This document shows, one piece after another, positions 23,570 to 32,995 of a DNA stretch of 32,995 nucleotides. The position numbers and the translations under genes are program-made. The stretch is from Octopus bimaculoides (taxonomy: Eukaryota). Below the pieces are notes generated by a model. The model was given only the letters and a program-made list of their open reading frames with translations. It did not search any database and was not told the DNA's origin. Where the stretch lies: positions 164,333,973 through 164,366,967 of the forward strand of contig NC_068981.1 of NCBI RefSeq assembly GCF_001194135.2, given 5' to 3'. How positions within the stretch are numbered: the stretch's first letter is position 1; the number at the start of each line of letters is the position of its first letter.

Positions 23570-24378
23570 CTTTAAGGAGAGGGGATAAGTAATTTAAATC
23601 ATCCCCAATGCTTGACTGGTACTTTGTATTATTAACTCCGAAAGAATTAAAGGCTAAGTTGACTTCGGTAGGATTTGAACTCAGAATTAAAGAGCTGAAA
23701 GAAATACCGGTCCAACGATTTCGCCAGCTCATCGTTCATAATTGTTATAGTGTTTAAATCCATTCCTTTTACCATCACCTGCTCCCGGTGTCGAAATTCC
23801 ATCACATCTTTATTCATATAATTATTTATTTCGTCTGATCAAGTTTGCTGAAGTGTGTATATATTTTGTGTTAACTTTTTAATCTACTACGTTCATTTTC
23901 TTTCTTTCTATTTAGCAAATGCTACCAATAATGGTTTCAAATTTTGACAAAAGGCCAGCAATTTCGTGGGAGAAGGTAAGTCGAATACATCGATTCCAGT
24001 GTTCAACTGGTACATATTTTAGTAACCCCGAAAAGATGATAGGCAAAGTCGACTTCGGTGAAATTTGAACTCAGAACGTAAAGACGGACGAAATCCGCTA
24101 AGCATTTCACCCGATGTGCTAACGATTCTGCTAGCTCGCTGCCTTAAATAATACAAATAATCATTTCTACTAAAGGCACAAGGCCTGAATTTCTGGGGAA
24201 GGGGACTAGTCGATTAGATCGACCCCAGCGTTTCTCTGGTACCTGATTTATTCACCCCGAAAGGATGAAAGGCAAAGTCGACCCCAACGGATTTTGAACT
24301 CAGAACTTAAAGACGGACGAAATGCCACTAAGCATTTCGCCTGGAGTTTTAACAATTCTCGTTAAGCTCACCGCCTTA
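23570..24378 (-). mobile_element. Train of three family N SINEs (~23570-23735, 23933-24146, 24165-24378)
   Basis: Each carries CCCCGAAA.GATGA.AGGCAAAGTCGAC....G..ATTTGAACTCAGAAC on the same strand. Confidence 0.85.
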
Positions 24379-24476
24379 AATACTGCTAATAATACAAAGA
24401 GGGAAGATTATTACAAGTACCTGAGGGTCAAATACCGCCACACATTTCATTGCCAGTGTCAACCAAATCACCACAA

Positions 24477-24873
24477 ACCATATCCTCGAGTATAGTCCGC
24501 TCTTGAGTATAATACGGAGGAGATTTTTAGGGGGTTGTACCTCTGAAAAAGCCTAAACCTTGTGTATAATACACACCCCCTTTCTAACTTAAGTCAAGGA
24601 TGTCTATATAACGTCCTTGGTTTGTAAACATATATACGGTAACGTCCTTTATTATTAATGTATATATAACATAATGCAAACGTGTAGCTTTTTTGTGCAC
24701 TTTGTTTGCAGAAAATAAAGAAATAACAGTAAATTGCCTTTACATATTTATCACTTAGAAAATTTTGCTTAGAAAATATTTTTCATTTTTAACCTCGTAT
24801 ATAGTACGCACTAGAAATTTTGACCTTTAAATTTTGGGAAAAAAGTGAGGATTATACTCGAGGATTTACGGTA
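24477..24873. mobile_element. pogo/Tigger-like MITE, ~400 bp
   Basis: The right end GGATTATACTCGAGGATTTACGG|TA is the reverse complement of TA|CCGTAAATCCTCGAGTATAATCC. The left end ACCATATCCTCGAGTATAGTCC is a degenerate match. Subterminal CCTCGAGTATA-like repeats. Confidence 0.7.
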
Positions 24874-25329
24874 TATCTCCACTAAATAAACATTTGGATC
24901 TAACTGAAAATATGCATTTTGTACACGTATGAATCTAAATCGAGGTCTTAAACATTATTCGTGCACACCCCTAATTATCTTTCGGCCGATTAGAAACCAT
25001 TTGTACAACAAATTTTTGCTGTATATATCCAGACTGTTCGTATCTTTGTAGGGTGCGGCAGATATTTTGCTATATTTTCTCCGCTTCCTTTATAAAACAT
25101 TCGTATCTTGTCTACTTGAGGTTTTTCAACCCAGTATGTACAAGCTATTATTTATAGCTTTATGCGCTTCGAGAGAAGAGATATATACATATACATATAT
25201 GCATATATACATGCACACGCACGCACACACACATACACAGGCACATATACACAGATACATACGTATGTTACCTAATGTAGGGCTAATGAGAAGGGCGTGC
25301 TCAACACGTGCGGAACATATGGCTTATTA

Positions 25330-25453
25330 TTAAAACTGAAGCTGAGAGCTTGTCTCGCCCCTCGAGTTTCAAACCATGGTGACCTTCAAGCTTCTGAAGA
25401 TCGCATTGGCGGGAAACTAGAGACGTAAGACTAGCTCTCATCTTCAGTTTTAA
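25330..25453. mobile_element. TTAA-flanked 116-bp palindromic MITE / hairpin
   Basis: Arms 25329-25370 and 25413-25454 are reverse complements at 35/42, with a 42-bp spacer. TTAA at both ends (25330-25333, 25450-25453). Confidence 0.8.
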
Positions 25454-25498
25454 TTAAAAACTAAAAAAATTGCATGCATATCACTGTCCGTCTCTCTC

Positions 25499-25692
<194 letters not shown>

Positions 25693-27049
25693 NNNNNNNN
25701 NNNNNNNNNNNNNNNNNNNNNNNNNNNNNNNNNNNNNNNNNNNNNNNNNNNNNNNNNNNNNNNNNNNNNNNNNNNNNNNNNNNNNNNNNNNNNNNNNNNN
25801 NNNNNNNNNNNNNNNNNNNNNNNNNNNNNNNNNNNNNNNNNNNNNNNNNNNNNNNNNNNNNNNNNNNNNNNNNNNNNNNNNNNNNNNNNNNNNNNNNNNN
25901 NNNNNNNNNNNNNNNNNNNNNNNNNNNNNNNNNNNNNNNNNNNNNNNNNNNNNNNNNNNNNNNNNNNNNNNNNNNNNNNNNNNNNNNNNNNNNNNNNNNN
26001 NNNNNNNNNNNNNNNNNNNNNNNNNNNNNNNNNNNNNNNNNNNNNNNNNNNNNNNNNNNNNNNNNNNNNNNNNNNNNNNNNNNNNNNNNNNNNNNNNNNN
26101 NNNNNNNNNNNNNNNNNNNNNNNNNNNNNNNNNNNNNNNNNNNNNNNNNNNNNNNNNNNNNNNNNNNNNNNNNNNNNNNNNNNNNNNNNNNNNNNNNNNN
26201 NNNNNNNNNNNNNNNNNNNNNNNNNNNNNNNNNNNNNNNNNNNNNNNNNNNNNNNNNNNNNNNNNNNNNNNNNNNNNNNNNNNNNNNNNNNNNNNNNNNN
26301 NNNNNNNNNNNNNNNNNNNNNNNNNNNNNNNNNNNNNNNNNNNNNNNNNNNNNNNNNNNNNNNNNNNNNNNNNNNNNNNNNNNNNNNNNNNNNNNNNNNN
26401 NNNNNNNNNNNNNNNNNNNNNNNNNNNNNNNNNNNNNNNNNNNNNNNNNNNNNNNNNNNNNNNNNNNNNNNNNNNNNNNNNNNNNNNNNNNNNNNNNNNN
26501 NNNNNNNNNNNNNNNNNNNNNNNNNNNNNNNNNNNNNNNNNNNNNNNNNNNNNNNNNNNNNNNNNNNNNNNNNNNNNNNNNNNNNNNNNNNNNNNNNNNN
26601 NNNNNNATATATATATATATATACATGATATACAAGTACGCGCACAGAAATGTATTAAAGTATGTATTCACGCATGTATACATATATACGTATACATACA
26701 TCTTGTATGTGTGAATATATTTATATGTGTGTGTCTGCGTCTGTGTATACGTATGTGTATGTATATACACGTTCATATTTATTAAAGTACTCATATAATA
26801 TGCAAATACAGACATATGCGTGTGTATGCGTTTGTGTGCGTGTGTGTGTTTACGTGTGTACATGTGTATGTGAGTATGTATATGTGTGTTAATAGTATGA
26901 AGGCAGTAAGCAATCCTATGGAGAGCTGAACAGTAGAACATTTCCCGTCTTATATAATTATTTGAGTCTACAACACGTTATATTCTAACGGAATTCTTTT
27001 TAGCTGCTTCTTTCATTGTCTTTAGGGTTCTGATCCTCTTTTTCCCACA

Positions 27050-28100
27050 ATTTGAGAGCCATTTTGTCAGTGCGTAAGTTCATTTGCTTTAAAGCCCCAA
27101 CGTGCTTTCACTTCTATGACGAGGGATTTGATTTGGAAGCTCGATATTGACTTAACTGGCAGAATTTTTCCTGTCCTAGATTTGGGCTTCTTGCATTCTA
27201 TTTTCATGTAGCACGTGTAGTCAATGAGCATCATATGTTTAGATGAAATCAATGGAGTGCGATTTCTGATCTCTTGTTAATAATATCTTGGGAATCTTTT
27301 CGATTCTGAAAGGTTTGCTGCTCACTTCCAGGCATCTACTGCATTCCGCAAACTCGTTTCCATAATCTAATTGACACAGCTGTTCAAGGCCACAGTTTTC
27401 TGACAGCTGTTGTGTAGAACATTGGTGGAGCTTCTGGTGTTCTAACCTTTTCTCGCGTGGTACAAATAGTGTTTACGATCTCTTTAAGCTCTTCCTTTGC
27501 ACTTTTCTTTGACTTGTGCCGCTTGGCTTGAGCTTAGAACATGTCCAATTGCTTGTTTGCATTGACCGAGCGGGAATGCAGGGTTATCATGCTTCAACCA
27601 TTTTACCAGGTTTGTATTCGAAGGTCATAACCAGTTCTGAGAATGAAGCTGATACTATGATGAACCAAATGCTTTATTTAATTCTAGCTGAAGCTTCTGT
27701 GTAGTGCATTCTCCTATATCATTTTTTGTCACTTTTGGATCTACTGGACTACCTTCTGAATTCTTTTGGTATCAACTTCTTCAACTTCTTATTTCACATT
27801 CTGTATTATATTACTGAATCACTTTGTTTCATTTTTTGCCTTTGATATCCACTTTGATATCCACTTTTGCCTTTGACATCCACTCCAGTGAGCCTAATCA
27901 TTGCCTATTGGTTTACGTGGATCATATTATTCCATTAACTTGGTAGCGCTCTTTTGCTGCATACACCGCATCATGAGCATTCTATCTTCTGCTAGTTTTC
28001 ATTTTGGGCTTTGGTAAATCTCACGATGTTGTCTCCAAAGCGATCAAGCATACATTCCATTATTGTACTCTTTCACACTGGAATTTAAAGGTAGCTTCAG
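27050..28100 (-). mobile_element. Highly decayed RTE-clade LINE fragment (late APE to linker)
   Basis: Minus-strand remnants MLDRFGDN, WNNMIH, KAFG...HSQNWL*PSNTNL, RVCGMQ..W and LPV...EVK are colinear with the RTE APE-linker region. Many stops. Confidence 0.55.
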
Positions 28101-28263
28101 TCTTTGCCTGACGATAGTAGAGGGCAGCACCAGTGAAACCAAGCAGAAGACAGAATCGGGAGAACTAGTAGGTATTAACATGAAGGAGAGTAGGTAGGGG
28201 TAACATCAGTGAGGGCAGGTATGAACAGCATCATTTACAACAGGTGATATGAATATATGCATA

Positions 28264-28460
28264 GAGGCGGCGAGCAGGCAGAATCGTTATCACGCTGGGA
28301 AAAATGCTTAGCGGCATTTCATTCGTCTTTACGTTCTGAGTTCAAATTGCACCAAGGTCAACTTTGCCTTTCGTCTTTTCGGGGTTGATAAAATAAGTAT
28401 CAGTTGGTCACTGGGCTCAACATAATTGACTGGCCTTGTGCCAAAATTTGAAACCAATAT
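28264..28460 (+). mobile_element. SINE family N
   Basis: GAGGCGGCGAGCAGGCAGAATCGTTA head, CTGAGTTCAAATT, central domain, CAAAATTTGAAACCAAT tail. Confidence 0.85.
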
Positions 28461-28699
28461 GAATATATGAGTATGTATGCAAATGTTTGTATATACATGC
28501 ATTATTTTCTGACGTGTACCAATTTCATGGCTCACGTATAATTGTTATATGTTTACAATACTTCAATGACAAACAGGTTTTCCTTGAATTTTTACTTTTA
28601 ATTTTTATATTTCCATATCCTGTTCTTCTACAGCGGAAGACATAGATAAAACCATGACCCCCGTCTACTTCTCCTTATATCCAAACGCAGTAATTCGTG

Positions 28700-28760
28700 A
28701 AAAATATTTTACACACAAAAATATTTTACACAGAAAAATATTTTATCCAGAAAAATATTA
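28700..28760. repeat. 17-bp minisatellite, ~3.5 copies (AAAAATATTTTACACAC/G)
   Basis: Units at 28700, 28717, 28734 and a partial unit at 28751. Confidence 0.85.
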
Positions 28761-29239
28761 GCTTTAAATTCGAATATTTTCTGTCCTTTTCATGCGTATT
28801 TCATATGTAAAATTATAAACTGTTTTACCCATCACAATTGTCCAAAGAACGCAATCGGGTAACTCGAAAGAACGCTCAATGAAGCTGTCAACAACCAATA
28901 AATAATTATACAGTTCTTACTGAGAACTTATTCTTTGTTGTTTGCACAGATTTTATGTTATAATACATACACATATATCATATACACAGTAGTTAACACC
29001 TCAAGCAGTTATTGTCAATTTCGTGGGCTTAAGTAATTGTTATATATTACATTCCTTTGGGTCCTCCATTTATCTACAGCTATTCTTTTCGCACCGTGTG
29101 TGAGGCCGGTGGTTATTTAAAACAAAACATTGTTTAATGCATTTTGAGAATAACATTTATCTTGGGGATAATTCGTGTGTAATAATTATCTCCCTTTAGA
29201 ATGCCTCTTCTAAATATAAATGAGGAAATCAAGACAATA

Positions 29240-29241
29240 AG

Positions 29242-29303
<62 letters not shown>

Positions 29304-29393
29304 CACAGACAGATAGAGGGATAGACAGAGCGGTAGATAGATANNNNNNNNNNTACACAGACAGATAGAGGGATAGACAGAGCAGTAGATAGG

Positions 29394-29452
<59 letters not shown>

Positions 29453-29455
29453 ATA
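29240..29455. repeat. (GATA)n microsatellite with duplicated block across a 10-N gap
   Basis: Direct reading. Confidence 0.95.
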
Positions 29456-29479
29456 GTTAGATTGACAGGTAGTTAGAAT

Positions 29480-29700
29480 GTAGAAGAGAAGTTAGACAGA
29501 TACTTTGTAAAAATATTTAGATATTTGAACACGGGTATATAGAACCGAAGAAAGACTCTCGTCAATTTGAGGTGGTGAGAGTTTTGACTGTAACGTAAAG
29601 ATTCTGGATGGTATACAGAGGGTACCGAAAACAGTGTTTGGATGTAAAATGTAAGATTAGGTGCCAAGATAATGTTGATATGCATGTAGGTGCGATGGTT
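29480..29700 (+). mobile_element. Possible very old LINE reverse-transcriptase fragment
   Basis: Weak motif echoes REVRQ (cf. GVRQG) and NVRLGAKIMLI (cf. NLRFADDIVLI) at plausible spacing. Confidence 0.25.
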
Positions 29701-29806
29701 CGTTAATCAGTTTAGTAGTACCTTAGAGTGGTGTGAACATGATCTTAAGATGAATTCTCCATAGTGTCTACACCTCACTACTTTTTCCAATTGTAATTTT
29801 AAGTAA

Positions 29807-29807
<1 letters not shown>

Positions 29808-29876
<69 letters not shown>

Positions 29877-29983
29877 TGCATACATTTATATATGCCCTTG
29901 TATATATGTATATACCTAATATTGCATATGCATATATATATATATATATATGTGTGTATGTGTGTGTGTGTGTGTGTATATAT
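29808..29983. repeat. (CA)n/(TA)n/(TG)n microsatellites
   Basis: Direct reading. Confidence 0.95.
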
Positions 29984-30282
29984 NNNNNNNNNNNNNNNNN
30001 NNNNNNNNNNNNNNNNNNNNNNNNNNNNNNNNNNNNNNNNNNNNNNNNNNNNNNNNNNNNNNNNNNNNNNNNNNNNNNNNNNNNNNNNNNNNNNNNNNNN
30101 NNNNNNNNNNNNNNNNNNNNNNNNNNNNNNNNNNNNNNNNNNNNNNNNNNNNNNNNNNNNNNNNNNNNNNNNNNNNNNNNNNNNNNNNNNNNNNNNNNNN
30201 NNNNNNNNNNNNNNNNNNNNNNNNNNNNNNNNNNNNNNNNNNNNNNNNNNNNNNNNNNNNNNNNNNNNNNNNNNNNNNNNNN

Positions 30283-30313
<31 letters not shown>

Positions 30314-31284
30314 TACGCCCGAAGTGCAGTCTTTGACTTTTCTACCCAAAAGGTTTTTAACCCAGTATTTACACTCTATTATATATGCCTTTATTTGCTT
30401 CGAGATTTTCCGTTCCTAAAAGAATCTTATACACTCACACATGCGTATGTATGCTTGTAAATATACACAATCATGCATTTCCACACGCATCAACATAAAC
30501 GCGTGTGAATGCATTGAATATGTATAAGCAGAAATAATAAATTATAAATAACGTAGATATGCATTATTGTTTCATATTGTAACACATATGAGTGATATTG
30601 TATAAAATACGTTGTAAACAAATCCATTCTTTGTATGAAACCGTATCGATATTGGTTTCTGAGTATGCATGCACATATAAACACATACACACATGCGCGC
30701 GCACACACACGCACACAAACACACGTACACATGGATGTTTGTGGTGAAAAAAGTTTGTTGTGCACATACATGTCATTACGTTTATAAGAATAATAGGAGT
30801 ACGGTGAGAACATGTGTATGCGTATGTATGTGTGTCAGTATATGAATATGTATATGTATATTGTTTATATGTATATGTATGTGTCAGAGGGTCTGTAATT
30901 CTACTCTTGTACAGGTATATCGGAATTTAAAGGAATTTCAATTTCATGCCACGACAAAAACAATTTAGGCGGAAAATTAGAAATTAGATCTTCAATCTGT
31001 TGGCAGTTTCGAGATTGACATCAACTTTCCATTGAAACATTGCTGTTCTCTCTCCCTCTCTTTCTAGATATTGTCTCTGTCTCTTACTATTTTACTGTCT
31101 GTTTGCCTCTACGTCTAAATCTCACTCACATGTAATGTCTCTCTCTCTAACCACCCCTCTTTCTCTCTCTCGCTCTCTCTCTTTAACTTTCTGTTGATAT
31201 CACTATTTCTTCTATATAACATTTTTTTCTACCCACCTCCGAGTCAGTATATCTATGGATATACAAACATACAAACACTTCCTC

Positions 31285-31538
31285 CATACATGCATACATA
31301 CATACATACATACATACATACATACAGTCAAAGAGAGACAGAGAGACAGGAGGAGCAGGAGTGATAGATAGATAGATAAGCAGGTAGGTAATTAGATATA
31401 AAACACACACAGATCATCAATATAGATATTTAATTCCATACACACATACACACAGACTCACATAGATACACACACACAAACATGCATACATACACAAATG
31501 CATGCATATTGCATGTATGTACATACATATACATACAA

Positions 31539-31598
<60 letters not shown>

Positions 31599-31625
31599 GT
31601 ATATATGTATGTATATGCAATGCAC
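31285..31625. repeat. (TACA)n/(GATA)n/(CA)n microsatellite cluster
   Basis: Direct reading. Confidence 0.9.
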
Positions 31626-32162
31626 ATCCCGTTGAGCTAAGTTACATATTTAGTCATTGAGAATGCACAATGGCTTACCAGGTGCTATGAATTTACGTCT
31701 GTAGGAATTGAACACGCAGGAATAATTGACCTCAAATACACCACATGAAGTGTATATGAAATATGTATCTTCAATATCCCGTGGGACATCTAGACATCTA
31801 GATAATTTGGTGAATACTCACCTCTTCAGCCACTGTTGAACTAAAGGCAGTTGCACATTTAGCTACCGAATATATAGCAGCTACTGACATCACGAATTAT
31901 TGGTATATAAATGGAGCAGGAACCGACACATAAGAAAGTATTCACTAGGAAGTGATATCTTTAGCAGGATAGCAGTGAGAAATACCTTAAAATTGTTGTG
32001 CTAGTAGGGAATATAATATGCGTGCCAAGAGTTAACGGGTACATGGGTTTAGGCAATAAATTATTTTAGTTCCTTTTAGTGAGACATTTAAACACAATGA
32101 CTGTAGAACTTTGAAATTAGTCGGTGCTATGATTTTTTAATTTATCTTTTATATTTTAATAG

Positions 32163-32526
32163 TTTCAATCATTGGAATGCGGCCATGTGAGAGCACTGCC
32201 TTGAAGGTTTTAGTAGGACAAATCGACCCCTGTGCATTTTTGTATGTCCTTTTAGCCAAACCGCTAAGTCATTGGAACGTTAAACAAAACCAATAGTGGT
32301 TGTCAGGCAGGGGTGGGGGCGGTGAAAAAACACAAACACACATAACCATACACATACGATGAGCTTCCACTCAGTTTCTTTGTACCATATTCACTCACAA
32401 CATATTAATCAGCCCGCGGATACATATTGTAGAAGACACTTGTCCAAGGTACCGTGCAGTGGGACTGAACCCTAAGCTAGGTAGTTTGAAAGCGAGCTTC
32501 TTAACCACACAGCCATGTCTGCGCTT
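32163..32526 (-). mobile_element. Near full-length family C (CORE-like) tRNA SINE
   Basis: Reverse complement: GCGCAGACATGGCTGTGTGGTTAAGAAGC head, GGGTTCAGTCCCACT B-box-like, GTACCTTGGACAAGTGTCTT (cf. CORE GACCTTGGGCAAGT), internal CA-rich tract, 3' GCATTCCAATGATTGAAAC. Confidence 0.8.
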
Positions 32527-32646
32527 ATGTGAATTGAACAAATGGGGAAAATGGACTTCAAATATTCCACATAACCTTAAAACGAAATACTTATCAAAGT
32601 TATCTTAATGGATATTTAGATGTTCTATAACTCTTCACAGCGTCAG

Positions 32647-32919
32647 CAGGGCCTGTTTTAAGCCAACTCGACAGATTTTGTTCAAATTAGGTCCCTTGGC
32701 AAGAGGGGGATACCGCGCACTCGCTCGAGCGGAGGACGCTATGATGAATTTTTAGAATGTCATAGGGACTAATGGTTGAGCCTCATGCCTGCAACGCTTT
32801 TTGGCTGTGACTGGCGTACGACAAGAAGCATAAAATTTCAATCTGCAGCTTTTGCAGAGTAGAGGGCCCTATTGACAATTCTCTAATTATTGGCTTCGCA
32901 CTTCCTAGTGCCGGCCTTG
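32647..32919. mobile_element. Old hAT-like MITE
   Basis: Ends CAGGGCCTGTTTTAAG and CTAGTGCCGGCCTTG. The 8-bp flanks AGCGTCAG and AGTTTTAG match at only 5/8. Confidence 0.45.
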
Positions 32920-32995
32920 AGTTTTAGTAGCTGATGAACAAAGGAAAGATGCACGTTTGACTATATATATATGTGCTTATGACCAAACATATATA

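Noticed and set aside
28700-28760. CRISPR-like array
   Set aside because: Contiguous 17-bp units without unique spacers, in eukaryotic DNA. It is a minisatellite.

Overview
AT-rich, gap-containing eukaryotic genomic DNA, intergenic or intronic, with no protein-coding gene I can confidently support. The SINE families and very dense (CA)n/(TACA)n/(GATA)n microsatellites look like an octopus (coleoid cephalopod) draft assembly; this is inference from repeat recognition. Almost all ORF-track entries are microsatellite or N-gap read-throughs. Recognisable content: (1) decayed transposon coding remnants, namely an R4/Dong-type LINE restriction-like-endonuclease 3' end, a DD37D (maT) Tc1/mariner, a mariner, and two RTE LINE fragments; (2) more than 20 tRNA-derived SINE copies from at least three families, with module swapping, tandem trains and inverted pairs; (3) several MITEs. 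The most striking structure is a 390-bp element (5688-6077) with 52-bp TIRs and a perfect 8-bp target-site duplication that carries head-to-head (TTAGGG)n/(CCCTAA)n telomere-like arrays. All coordinates were read by hand and may be off by a few bases for degenerate repeats.
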